DNA from: Gammaproteobacteria bacterium
GTDB taxonomy: Bacteria; Pseudomonadota; Gammaproteobacteria; UBA4575
Direction: 5' to 3'
Assembly: GCA_965205275.1 (NCBI GenBank)
Contig: OZ242168.1
Coordinates: 1,143,276 to 1,207,275, forward strand
Length of the DNA stretch: 64,000 bases
Shown here: positions 12,389 through 22,093 of the stretch, in pieces
Numbering within the stretch: position 1 is the first letter of the stretch
Layout: every line of letters begins with the position of its first letter
Notes under the pieces: generated by a model
Told to the model about the DNA's origin: nothing
Databases searched by the model: none
The model's input: only the letters and a program-made list of their open reading frames with translations
Translations under genes and position numbers: made by a program

Positions 12389-13409
12389 GGTCAGCTTGGC
12401 CTTTTTGTTCTTCCAGTTTCTTAATTCGACCTGCCAGTTCCTCAAGTTTATTGAACAACGCTGAACTGCGCAGCCATTTCCTGTATGGCTGGACTGGAGT
12501 CCCGGAGACATAGACGCCTGCCTTTTTGATGGAGCACGCCATCCGTGTCATACCACCAAGGGTGACATGATCAGCAATCTGAAGATGCCCGGCGATTCCA
12601 ACACCGCCGCCAATACTGCAAAATTTACCAATAGTTGTGCTGCCTGATATACCGGTACATCCGGCAATGGCAGTGTGGGCACCAATTTTAACGTTATGTG
12701 CAACCTGAATCTGATTATCAAGCTTGACTCCTTCTTCCAGGATGGTATCCCCTAATGTGCCGCGATCAATGGTAGTATTGGCACCGATTTCCACATCATT
12801 CCCAATCTGAACCCTGCCCAGTTGCGGAATTTTGAACCATTTGGTGTCTTCCTTAGCAAGACCAAACCCATCACTGCCAATAACAGCCCCTGGATGAATG
12901 ATCACGCGCAGTCCCAATACTGTTTTCTCGCACAAGGTGACCTGGCTGACAAGGCGACAACCTTCTCCTATCACACAGGCTTTGTGTATGCTGCAGTTTG
13001 AGCCTATATAGGTGTTATTCCCGATCACACAGTCATCATCAATAACTGTACAGGGACCAATGGTACAGCCCTCGCCTACCGTTGCGTTATCTGAAACAAC
13101 TGCTGCGGGATGAATGCCCGACTCATGCGAAGGCAAGGGATTCAGCAAACCGGCAATTTTGGCAAAAATCAGATACGGGTTATCAGTGATCAAGGCATGC
13201 GCCGGACAACCCTCCAGAAATGCCTCTTCCAGAATTACTGCCGAAGCATGTGTATGCTTCAACTCCCGTTTGAATTTCGGGCTCGCAAAAAATGTAATAG
13301 CACCGGCACCGGCATGCTGAAGGCTGTCTACACGATCAATTTCACAGTCCGGGTCACCTACTACCGTTGTCGCAGTAAATTCGGACAATTTTGCAAGAGT
13401 AAACGACAC
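12381..13409 (-). CDS. lpxD: UDP-3-O-(3-hydroxyacyl)glucosamine N-acyltransferase
   Basis: 342 aa; hexapeptide-repeat protein aligning along its length to E. coli LpxD; position between skp and fabZ. Confidence 0.9.
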   Translation of the reverse strand: MSFTLAKLSEFTATTVVGDPDCEIDRVDSLQHAGAGAITFFASPKFKRELKHTHASAVILEEAFLEGCPAHALITDNPYLIFAKIAGLLNPLPSHESGIHPAAVVSDNATVGEGCTIGPCTVIDDDCVIGNNTYIGSNCSIHKACVIGEGCRLVSQVTLCEKTVLGLRVIIHPGAVIGSDGFGLAKEDTKWFKIPQLGRVQIGNDVEIGANTTIDRGTLGDTILEEGVKLDNQIQVAHNVKIGAHTAIAGCTGISGSTTIGKFCSIGGGVGIAGHLQIADHVTLGGMTRMACSIKKAGVYVSGTPVQPYRKWLRSSALFNKLEELAGRIKKLEEQKGQADHD

Positions 13410-13422
13410 TACGCATTATCAA

Positions 13423-13929
13423 CTATTGAACTTTCCGCAACTCCTCTAGCACACGCTTTGTCATATCAATGCGGTCACTTGCGAAAAGTACAGGCTGCGT
13501 AACCACCAGGTCGTAGTTTTCATTTTCGGCGAGACTGGTTACAACCTCATTGACACTCTTTTGCAGGTTACCGATTTCCTGATTACGCCTGATATTAAAA
13601 TCTTCCTTGAGTTCGTCCTGCTGCCGACTGTATTCCCTTTTCTTGTTAAGTATTTCCTTCTCGAGCTCGGTGCGTCGGGTATCAGTCATTACGGCACCGT
13701 CATTTTTCAGCGTTTCTTCAAATTTCAGAATCTCGTCACGTGCAGTAGTAAGCTTTTCATTCCGATACGAAAATTCTTTTTCCAGTGTTTTGCGAGCTGC
13801 ATCTGCCTGAGGTGACTTCTCAAGTATTTCGGCCAGATTGATGTACCCTATTTTAGTCTCTGCAGCTACAACAACCGGCAATAACAGAGCTACCGTATAA
13901 ATAATATTCCTGAGTAATTTAAATTCCAT
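13423..13929 (-). CDS. skp: Periplasmic chaperone Skp (OmpH)
   Basis: 168 aa with a signal peptide and charged coiled-coil body; conserved bamA-skp-lpxD context. Confidence 0.8.
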   Translation of the reverse strand: MEFKLLRNIIYTVALLLPVVVAAETKIGYINLAEILEKSPQADAARKTLEKEFSYRNEKLTTARDEILKFEETLKNDGAVMTDTRRTELEKEILNKKREYSRQQDELKEDFNIRRNQEIGNLQKSVNEVVTSLAENENYDLVVTQPVLFASDRIDMTKRVLEELRKVQ

Positions 13930-13951
13930 TATTCCTAGTTTCCCCCAAACG

Positions 13952-16240
13952 CTAAAAACTTGTTCCTAAATTAAACTGAAATGATTCCGTATCATCTTCT
14001 GACTCATCATTGAAGGGTGCCGCAAGTACCGCACTGATACCACCAAAACCTGTTATTATATTGATACCAAGTCCAACTGAACCCCGCAGGTCACCGGCTT
14101 CAAAATCATCAAACTCCTCAAAAACATTCCCGGCATCGACAAACAAGCTCACTCGGGCACTGCCCGGGGCGATCAGTGGTAATGGGGGCGGAGGAAACAG
14201 CAACTCGCTTCTTAAGGTTGTCAGAAGGTTCCCGCCAAATGGCTCACCAAGTGAATCCTTGGGACCCAAACTGTTATTCTCATACCCACGCACGGTTCTG
14301 AAGCCACCGGCATGAAACCTTTCGAAAAATGGCAAATCCTCATCACCCGTGTACACATCACCATACCCGAATTCACTTCCCAGCGACAGGGTGAAAGTCT
14401 CGCTCAAGGGAAAATAAAATGAACTACTGTAGGTTACCTTGTAAAACTCCAGGTCACTACCGGGCACAGTAAACTCCAGTCCTGCACGCTGCCTGTTTCC
14501 GATGTTGGGAAACAGTCTGCGATCCCGTGTATCGTGCACAAAACTGGAAGATAATGTAAGGTTGGTATACTCATCGTCATTATTGCCAATAAAATCTACT
14601 ATTTCCTGTGCCGTATTACTGCCTATGGATACTTCAGTCCTGTTTATCTGTGCAAAGGCATTGACACGATCAACCTCTGTCAAGGGTATTCCGTAACTCA
14701 TGCTTACACCAAATTGGTCCGTATCAAAATCAGAAATATCTGCCTCATCAGCTTCGGTAGACACATAATTAAAACCAAACCCCCTGCTTACACCATCAAT
14801 TGTGTAGTAGGGATCCACATAATTCAAAGCATAAACGGTGTTGACCTTGCTCGTATTGATTGAAAACGACACGGTTTTGCCGGAACCCAAGAAATTTTCC
14901 TGACTTACGCTTGAAGAAAAAACAGCGCCCTGGCTGTCTGAATAGCCAGCACCAATGTTAAAACTACCTGCTAGCCTTTCCTTGACTTCGATATCTAGAT
15001 CGACCAGATCACCAACTCCGGGTACCGGCCGGGTTTCTACTTCAACGGATTCTACATACGTCAGCCTCTGGATCCTGCGTCTTGAGTTCTCAACGGCTGT
15101 CCGCGAATACCATCCCCCTTCCATTTGTCTCAGCTCTCTCCGGTAAACATCATCATGTGTGATCTTGTGGCCACGAAAATTTATTCTGCGTACATAGGCG
15201 CGCTTGCCTGGACTTACAAAAAGGGTGACTTTTACGGTCTTGTCTTCTTCATTAAGCTCAGGGACGGGATTAACATTGGGAAATGCATATCCCCTGTCAC
15301 CAAGCTTGCGCAGGATTGCTTCAGTAGACAGAACTACTCTTGTACGTGAAAAAATTTCTCCTGGAGTAAAATGAATCAAAGGCATGAGTTCTTCTTCCGG
15401 AAAAACCAGATCTCCTGCAAGCTTGATTTCCTCCAGTGTGTACTGATCGCCTTCTTCAATGTTGATGGTAATGAAAATGTCTTCCTTGTTAGGGCTGAGC
15501 GAAACCTGCGTAGACTTGATATTAAACTTTAAATAGCCGTGATTGAGGTAGTGTGATCGCAATATCTCAAGGTCACCCTGAAGTTTTTGCTTGGCGTAGC
15601 GATCACGTGTACCAAAAAACTTATACCAGGGCTTCAGTCCAGACTCAAAACTTTCAGTCAGTTCCTCTTCGTCAAAACTTGTGTTACCTACAATTTTTAC
15701 CTGCATGATTCTAGCCACATCGCCTTCAGCAATCTTTATGCTGATATCTACCCGGTTGCGCGGCAATTCATTTACCTGGGTATCAATTTTTACGTTGTAT
15801 TTACCAAATGCAAAATACTGTTGTAACAATTCATTTTCCAACCGCTCAAGCACCGAGCGATTAAAAACATGACCGCTTGCAATACCAATACCTACCAGCC
15901 CCTTGGCCAACTGTTCATCGTCGAGTATCTTGTTTCCATCGAAGGTTATGCTTGCAATGCCAGGCCTTTCCTGTACCACAACAACTAGTATATTCCCTTC
16001 ACGGCGCAGCTTGATGTCCTTGAAAAGACCAGTTTTGTAAAGCTCGCGGACAATCCGTGCAGTCTGATCCTCATCTACCTGATCACCTACTTTTACAGGC
16101 AGGTAGGTAAACACCGTGCCTGCGTCAATACGCTCAAGGCCTTCGATCTGAATGTCCTGCAGACGAAAGACCCCGGCCTGAGCCGGTATGGATAAAATTC
16201 CAAGCAGGAAAAGAAGAATAACTCGTTTTAACAAACACAT
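13952..16240 (-). CDS. bamA: Outer membrane protein assembly factor BamA
   Basis: About 762 aa from MCLLKRVILLFLLGILSIPAQA (signal peptide), with POTRA repeats and a C-terminal beta-barrel ending ...NLGTSF. The ORF track's N-terminal extension to 16354 is an artefact of the duplicated rseP 3' segment. Confidence 0.9.
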   Translation of the reverse strand: MCLLKRVILLFLLGILSIPAQAGVFRLQDIQIEGLERIDAGTVFTYLPVKVGDQVDEDQTARIVRELYKTGLFKDIKLRREGNILVVVVQERPGIASITFDGNKILDDEQLAKGLVGIGIASGHVFNRSVLERLENELLQQYFAFGKYNVKIDTQVNELPRNRVDISIKIAEGDVARIMQVKIVGNTSFDEEELTESFESGLKPWYKFFGTRDRYAKQKLQGDLEILRSHYLNHGYLKFNIKSTQVSLSPNKEDIFITINIEEGDQYTLEEIKLAGDLVFPEEELMPLIHFTPGEIFSRTRVVLSTEAILRKLGDRGYAFPNVNPVPELNEEDKTVKVTLFVSPGKRAYVRRINFRGHKITHDDVYRRELRQMEGGWYSRTAVENSRRRIQRLTYVESVEVETRPVPGVGDLVDLDIEVKERLAGSFNIGAGYSDSQGAVFSSSVSQENFLGSGKTVSFSINTSKVNTVYALNYVDPYYTIDGVSRGFGFNYVSTEADEADISDFDTDQFGVSMSYGIPLTEVDRVNAFAQINRTEVSIGSNTAQEIVDFIGNNDDEYTNLTLSSSFVHDTRDRRLFPNIGNRQRAGLEFTVPGSDLEFYKVTYSSSFYFPLSETFTLSLGSEFGYGDVYTGDEDLPFFERFHAGGFRTVRGYENNSLGPKDSLGEPFGGNLLTTLRSELLFPPPPLPLIAPGSARVSLFVDAGNVFEEFDDFEAGDLRGSVGLGINIITGFGGISAVLAAPFNDESEDDTESFQFNLGTSF

Positions 16241-16280
16241 ATGTTGTATTGTTGTTTTAATTGTAGCAGCCAAAATATAA

Positions 16281-16338
16281 CGTTGTAAAAAGCCAGACAC
16301 ATTAACCCGACCAGCGCCATTATACCTAATCGCTGCCC
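16281..16338. repeat. 58-bp perfect direct duplication of the rseP 3' coding end, lying in the rseP-bamA intergenic region
   Basis: cgttgtaaaaagccagacacattaacccgaccagcgccattatacctaatcgctgccc occurs at 16281-16338 and again at 16391-16448. The second copy encodes the rseP C-terminus ...GQRLGIMALVGLMCLAFYND. Confidence 0.85.
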
Positions 16339-16366
16339 GATACGATTCCCGCACAAAATGGCGGGC

Positions 16367-17722
16367 TTATTGCAACAGCCGATATATGTCGTTGTAAAAA
16401 GCCAGACACATTAACCCGACCAGCGCCATTATACCTAATCGCTGCCCAAAGGCTTCGACCTGTTCCGATACTGCACTCCCCTTTACGATCTCAATGAGAT
16501 AATAGAACAGATGGCCACCATCCAGCATCGGGATCGGCAACAAATTAAGTATCCCAATACTTATACTGATGATTGCCATGGCGCCCACAAAGGCTGAAAC
16601 CCCTATAGCTGCCGAAACCCCAGCATACTCAGCAATAGTCACAGGACCACTGATATTTTTCAATGAAGCTTCACCGCTCACCAGCTTCCACAACAGCTTC
16701 AGGGTTAAAATCGACACTTCCCATGTTTTAACCAGACTTCGGGGTACGGCCTCAAACGGGTTATAGCGGACTACGACTTTCTGCCGCTCAAGCTGTGCCT
16801 GATCCACAAATGGATAGGCTCCCACACGACCTATGGTTTTCCCATCCCTGTTATCAGGTTCAGGTATTAATTCAAACTCCAGACGCTGATGATCCCGCTC
16901 CACAACCATATTGATAGGAACTGCGGCACGGGCCTGAATATATTGGACCAGGTCACGCCAGCTCTGTACTTGTGAACCATCAACACTGATTACCCTGTCC
17001 CCTGCTTGAATTCCGGCAGTTTTGGCAACACCGGACTTGATCTCACCAAAGACTGGTTCATACATATACCTCCAAGGCGTAGTCCCCAGCTTTTCCAGCA
17101 AATTACCTTCTGACAATAATTGCCTGGTATCTCTTAGGTCCAGTGTTACGACCTTCAGTCTGGAATCCTCACTTTGCAGGGTTGCAGTAACCATACCGGA
17201 TTCGAGCGCCCGGTTTAACAATTGGATTGAAGTTTGCTGCCAAGTATGGACAGGCACATTTTCTACTGAAACGAACGTGTCATTAGCTCTGATTTCCGCC
17301 TGCCAGGCGATGCTCTGTGGCAACACCTCACCAACCGTAGGCCTGACCCCTTCAACACCTACAACAAACGCCAGCCAGTATGCAAACACTGCAAAAATAA
17401 AATTGAATATTGGGCCTGCTGATACAATCGCAAATCTTTTCCAGACCGACTGACGGTTAAAGGCACGGTGCGCTTCACGTTCACAAACCTCACCTTCACG
17501 TTCATTAAGCATCTTCACATAACCGCCCAGCGGGATGCTAGCCAGAACGTATTCAGTTTCTCCCACCGATTTGGTTAAAAGAGGTTTCCCAAAGCCTATT
17601 GAGAACCGCAATACCTTTACACCAAGCTTTTTGGCAACCCAGCAATGACCAAATTCATGGACAGTGATAACAATGCCCACCACAACCACAAAAGCAAATA
17701 CATAGTTCAGTATCTGTATCAT
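16367..17722 (-). CDS. rseP: RIP zinc metalloprotease RseP
   Basis: 451 aa; HEFGHCWVAKK zinc-binding motif, PDZ domains and multiple transmembrane segments. Confidence 0.9.
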   Translation of the reverse strand: MIQILNYVFAFVVVVGIVITVHEFGHCWVAKKLGVKVLRFSIGFGKPLLTKSVGETEYVLASIPLGGYVKMLNEREGEVCEREAHRAFNRQSVWKRFAIVSAGPIFNFIFAVFAYWLAFVVGVEGVRPTVGEVLPQSIAWQAEIRANDTFVSVENVPVHTWQQTSIQLLNRALESGMVTATLQSEDSRLKVVTLDLRDTRQLLSEGNLLEKLGTTPWRYMYEPVFGEIKSGVAKTAGIQAGDRVISVDGSQVQSWRDLVQYIQARAAVPINMVVERDHQRLEFELIPEPDNRDGKTIGRVGAYPFVDQAQLERQKVVVRYNPFEAVPRSLVKTWEVSILTLKLLWKLVSGEASLKNISGPVTIAEYAGVSAAIGVSAFVGAMAIISISIGILNLLPIPMLDGGHLFYYLIEIVKGSAVSEQVEAFGQRLGIMALVGLMCLAFYNDIYRLLQ

Positions 17723-18939
17723 GAATGCCTCAATATTGACTGCTCAATAAACCTCTTTGCATACAAACGGGTCTGCTTATCCTTTGTCAGAATCATTTCC
17801 AGTTCCTGCACATTTTCATGCTCGACATGCTGCAATGCTGCATCAATTATGACAGGAATCTCTGTAAAACGTATTTCAGCTTTCAGGAAGCTTCCCACAG
17901 CCACCTCATTTGCAGCATTCAGGATAATCGCAGCGCTTCCGGCAGGCTCCTCCAGTACCTGATAGGCCAGCTGCAAACAGGGAAACCGGTTTCGGTCGGG
18001 CGCAGTGAACTCTAGAGGGCCGAGTTGTGCCAGATCAATGCTGCTGATACCTGAACGTATGCGTTGCGGCCAAGCCAGGGCATGCGCGATAGGTACCCGC
18101 ATATCTGGATAAGCCAGATGTGCCAATATGGAACCGTCCACATACGCTACCAGTGAATGGATGATCGACTGGGGATGTATCACAACTTCAATATCGTTTG
18201 CATTTTTCTCAAACAACATGCAAGCCTCAATGACTTCTAATCCTTTATTCATCATGGTTGCAGAATCTACAGATATCTTTTTACCCATTTCCCAGTTGGG
18301 GTGTGCACAGGCCCGCTGAGGGGTAACCTCTGCAAATTCATCCAAGGGCAGTTTTAAAAACGGACCGCCCGAGGCTGTCAGGATAATCTTTTCAACTTCA
18401 CATTCATTACTGCCGGATAGACACTGAAATACAGCATTATGTTCACTATCAATGGGTAGTAACTTTGCTGCATGCCGATTCGCCATATCCATTAGCAGGC
18501 CACCCGACATTACCAGGGCCTCTTTATTGGCAAGTAATATGCGTTTACCTGCCTGCGCCGCCGCAAGGGTTGCAGGCAGCCCTGCTGCCCCTACAATTGC
18601 AGCCATCACAAAATCAACTTCATCCAGACTTGCAGCAAGTTCCAGTCCATGATTGCCTGCATGGATGTCGGGCTTATACTCATTTCCAGAAAACCTGGCA
18701 CTAAACTGATCCACCAGTTTTTCATTAGCCACCACTGCAAGCCCAGGCCGGAACTTTAGGCACTGCTCATATAAAAGATCGATATTATTGTTGGCTGTGA
18801 GTGCGGTGACAGAAAATCTCGTGGCATGCTGCTCGATCACCTTCAGGGTATTGACGCCTACTGAGCCAGTAGCGCCCAGTATTGACACATGAGTTACATT
18901 ACCTGGTACAGGTTTGGGGTCCGCTTCCGGTTCATTCAT
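17719..18939 (-). CDS. dxr: 1-deoxy-D-xylulose 5-phosphate reductoisomerase
   Basis: VSILGATGSVGVNTLKVI NADPH-binding start; conserved dxr-cdsA-uppS context. Confidence 0.9.
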   Translation of the reverse strand: MNEPEADPKPVPGNVTHVSILGATGSVGVNTLKVIEQHATRFSVTALTANNNIDLLYEQCLKFRPGLAVVANEKLVDQFSARFSGNEYKPDIHAGNHGLELAASLDEVDFVMAAIVGAAGLPATLAAAQAGKRILLANKEALVMSGGLLMDMANRHAAKLLPIDSEHNAVFQCLSGSNECEVEKIILTASGGPFLKLPLDEFAEVTPQRACAHPNWEMGKKISVDSATMMNKGLEVIEACMLFEKNANDIEVVIHPQSIIHSLVAYVDGSILAHLAYPDMRVPIAHALAWPQRIRSGISSIDLAQLGPLEFTAPDRNRFPCLQLAYQVLEEPAGSAAIILNAANEVAVGSFLKAEIRFTEIPVIIDAALQHVEHENVQELEMILTKDKQTRLYAKRFIEQSILRHS

Positions 18940-19735
18940 AGACCCAGTGTACTCCGAGCATAAAACTGGGGGCTGCAGCAGTCAAGCTATCGATCCTATC
19001 CAGCACTCCCCCGTGGCCTGGTAAAATCGTACCGCTATCCTTGACTCCAGCCCTGCGCTTTAACAGACTTTCATATAAATCCCCAACCAGTGCAATCAAC
19101 ACGGTAATCAGACACAGGCATACAAAATATAGCCAAACAGCCTTGTCCAGCCCAAGCACATACATGCCGGAAATTGCAAACACCAAAGAAGCCGCCAAGG
19201 CACTCCACAATCCTTCGCGGGATTTCCCAGGACTCAGACTGGGTGCAAGTTTATTTTTCCCGAACCGTCTGCCTGCAAAATATGCAGAAATATCCGAAAC
19301 ACAGACCAGTATCAGCAGGAAGACCAGTAAAGCCGGGTAGTGCTTATGTAAAAAAACCAGACTCAGCCAGGCAGGCCCCAGTACCACAAAACCTGAAAGT
19401 CCCAGTAGCCACTGCAGCCAGCCGGTATGAAGCCAACTGGACTCATATGCAGCAAGCATAATGACGACCCCTATCCACCATAGTGCTGCAGCCAGAAAAA
19501 CAGTATTCGCATAATCAGGACGGACCCATGCTGCGACAAGCATAACAACCATTGAAGCAGCATACATGACTTTCCAGAGAGGACCAGGCAAGGAAATCAA
19601 TCCGGCCCACTCCCAGGCAGCAAACAGTGTGATCAAAGCGAAAATGAATGCCAGCCAGTGGTTCGGCAAAAACAGAACGGCAGAAAAAATACCTGTCCCC
19701 AGAGCTACTGCTGTGATAATGCGCTGTTTCAGCAT
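18932..19735 (-). CDS. cdsA: Phosphatidate cytidylyltransferase
   Basis: Polytopic membrane protein; MLKQRIITAV start aligns with the E. coli CdsA N-terminus, and the C-terminus carries a GHGGVLDRIDS motif. The start is taken at the internal Met. Confidence 0.85.
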   Translation of the reverse strand: MLKQRIITAVALGTGIFSAVLFLPNHWLAFIFALITLFAAWEWAGLISLPGPLWKVMYAASMVVMLVAAWVRPDYANTVFLAAALWWIGVVIMLAAYESSWLHTGWLQWLLGLSGFVVLGPAWLSLVFLHKHYPALLVFLLILVCVSDISAYFAGRRFGKNKLAPSLSPGKSREGLWSALAASLVFAISGMYVLGLDKAVWLYFVCLCLITVLIALVGDLYESLLKRRAGVKDSGTILPGHGGVLDRIDSLTAAAPSFMLGVHWVYE

Positions 19736-19742
19736 TGCGCAA

Positions 19743-20465
19743 TCACGCAAGCTGCTCTTGCGTAAGACCAAATCTTCTTTGCCTTATACGGTAGCTTTCA
19801 AACGCTTTTTCCAGTTCATGTGGGCCGAAATCCGGCCAGAGCGTGTCACTGAAGTACAGTTCCGTATAAGCCAGTTGCCACAATAGAAAATTGCTGATGC
19901 GCTGCTCTCCGCCGGTACGAATAAACAGGTCAGGTGCAGGCATGTTTCCTGTAGCCAGCTTTTTCTCCAAAAATTCCTCATCAATATCATCCAGTGCCAA
20001 CTCATTGTGCAACACATTCTGAATAATATTTCTTACTGCCTGAAGAATATCCCACCTGCCCCCATAGCCCACCGCAATATTCAGAAATAATTTTTCATTT
20101 TTACAGGTAAGCTCCTCGGCCTGCTGGATTTGCTGATAGAGTCCATTGGAAAAAGCATGCCTATGTCCCAAAAACTTCAGACACACACCTTTTTCAGCCA
20201 GACTCTGTACTTCACTATGCAGTGACTCCGTAAGCAGGTCCATCAAAACAGAGACCTCCGTCTCTGGCCTTTTCCAGTTCTCACTGCTGAAGGCAAATAA
20301 AGTCAAATACTTGATTCCAGCCTGTTCGCTGGCTTCTATGATTTCCCGGATAACCTTTATGCCCTGCTTGTGACCGGCAGTACGCGGCAGTTTACGTTGC
20401 TTTGCCCATCTTCCGTTGCCGTCCATAATGATTGCAACATGAGCTAGGTCGGGCTTGTTTGACAT
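19743..20465 (-). CDS. uppS: Undecaprenyl diphosphate synthase
   Basis: 240 aa; HVAIIMDGNGRWAKQRKLPR and an ...ELYFSD... region. Confidence 0.9.
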   Translation of the reverse strand: MSNKPDLAHVAIIMDGNGRWAKQRKLPRTAGHKQGIKVIREIIEASEQAGIKYLTLFAFSSENWKRPETEVSVLMDLLTESLHSEVQSLAEKGVCLKFLGHRHAFSNGLYQQIQQAEELTCKNEKLFLNIAVGYGGRWDILQAVRNIIQNVLHNELALDDIDEEFLEKKLATGNMPAPDLFIRTGGEQRISNFLLWQLAYTELYFSDTLWPDFGPHELEKAFESYRIRQRRFGLTQEQLA

Positions 20466-20499
20466 TTAATTAAATATCTGCACCTGAGAAAAGGTGCTT

Positions 20500-21057
20500 C
20501 TAAACGGTCATCAGATCTTTTTCTTTCCGTTCCAAGATCAAATCAATCTTTTTGACAAACTGGTCTGTAAGTTTCTGAATTTCATTCAGGGCCTGATGTT
20601 TTTCATCTTCTGAAATTTCTTTTGCTTTCAACAACTCCTTGAAATCTGCATTGGCATCACGACGAATATTACGTATTGCCACGCGGGATTTTTCTGCCTC
20701 ACTTTCTACAGTACGCATTAGGCTCTTGCGTCTTTCCTCAGTCAGGGGAGGTATGATGACCCGGACTACTGTGCCCGCAGTTGTAGGGTTCAAGCCAAGA
20801 CCTGAACTCATAATCGCTTTCTCAATGGCTGGCACAAGAGAGTTTTCCCAAGGTGTGATGGTAATCGTACGCACATCCTCAACAGCAACGGTAGCAGCCT
20901 GATTAATAGGAACTTCATTGCCATAATACTTAACCATTACATGATCCAGTAAATTTGGATTGGCACGCCCGGTACGCACCTTTGACAACTCACTGGACAA
21001 TGAGTCAATACTTTTGTGCATACGCTGCTGTGCAGCCTGTTGTATTTCATTAATCAC
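20500..21057 (-). CDS. frr: Ribosome recycling factor
   Basis: 185 aa with full-length similarity to RRF. The start is GTG at 21055-21057, preceded by a GGGGTGGGGTG SD-like tract. Confidence 0.9.
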   Translation of the reverse strand: MINEIQQAAQQRMHKSIDSLSSELSKVRTGRANPNLLDHVMVKYYGNEVPINQAATVAVEDVRTITITPWENSLVPAIEKAIMSSGLGLNPTTAGTVVRVIIPPLTEERRKSLMRTVESEAEKSRVAIRNIRRDANADFKELLKAKEISEDEKHQALNEIQKLTDQFVKKIDLILERKEKDLMTV

Positions 21058-21140
21058 TGCTACACCCCACCCCAGTTCCTGCGTACCAACACATCCATCC
21101 TGCAGAATTTTTGTCAGGCCTCCCTTCGCTGCGATACGAT

Positions 21141-22043
21141 CTACTTATCCTGACCACCTTTATGCTCACTCTGTTTGACTTGTCCCATGACCTCGTCAGC
21201 AAAGTTTTCAGATTTTTTCTCTATCCCTTCACCTACTTCAAATCGGATAAATCTGGCGACTTCTGCATTTGCACTTTCTAGTAGTTTGCCAACCGACTGA
21301 TCAGGGTCTTTTACGAAAGGCTGTCCCAGCAAGGTAACTCCCTTCAAATACTTCTTCAGCCTGCCCTGTACTATTTTTTTGACAATTTCTGCTGGCTTGC
21401 CACTTGATTCAGCCTGCGCCATAAAAATCTGCCGCTCGTTAGCGAGCACATCCTCAGCCACATCTTCCTCACAGACACAGGCAGGATCACTTGCTGCAAT
21501 ATGCATGGCTACATCTTTGCCCAATGCTGCGTCCCCACCGGAATAATCAACCAGTACCCCGATACGATTGCCATGCAGATACCCTGCAACAGTATTTTCA
21601 CTGCTCATGCTTTGAAAACGGCGTATCCGGATATTCTCACCAATTTTGGTTACCAGTTCTAAACGGGTCTGTTCGACACTGAGGCCGGACTCCAGTGTGG
21701 CAGCATTCAATGCCTCAACTGTTTCAATATCGCTGCCTAATACGAGGTTAGCCAGTTGCCTTGAGTATGCCTGGAACTGATCATCCTTGGCGACAAAATC
21801 CGTTTCACAGTTCACCTCCACAATTGAAGCCTGTTTTCCATCCGCCGAAGTTGCCAAAACAATCACTCCATCCGCTGCAATGCGTCCGGCTTTTTTATCG
21901 GCCTTGGCTTGCCCAAACTTGCGCATTTGTTCAATAGCCACTTGTATATTACCGCTGCTTTCCACCAACGCTTTTTTACATTCCATCATGCCTGCGCCAG
22001 TCCGCTCGCGCAGTTCCTTCACCATTGTTGCTGTTATTTGCAT
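21141..22043 (-). CDS. tsf: Elongation factor Ts
   Basis: 300 aa; MQITATMVKELRERTGAGMMECKKAL is the EF-Ts UBA-like N-terminus. Only 83 bp separate tsf from frr, leaving no room for pyrH. Confidence 0.92.
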   Translation of the reverse strand: MQITATMVKELRERTGAGMMECKKALVESSGNIQVAIEQMRKFGQAKADKKAGRIAADGVIVLATSADGKQASIVEVNCETDFVAKDDQFQAYSRQLANLVLGSDIETVEALNAATLESGLSVEQTRLELVTKIGENIRIRRFQSMSSENTVAGYLHGNRIGVLVDYSGGDAALGKDVAMHIAASDPACVCEEDVAEDVLANERQIFMAQAESSGKPAEIVKKIVQGRLKKYLKGVTLLGQPFVKDPDQSVGKLLESANAEVARFIRFEVGEGIEKKSENFADEVMGQVKQSEHKGGQDK

Positions 22044-22093
22044 CGTTATTCCTAAAATTCCCTAGTCATTTTATATATAAAAATAATCTTGAT

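Noticed and set aside
11936-12511. fabZ as a 191-aa protein, and bamA as an 800-aa protein, as the ORF track suggests.
   Set aside because: Alignment to E. coli FabZ and the position of the BamA signal peptide show that the upstream extensions are non-coding. The bamA extension is created by the duplicated rseP segment.
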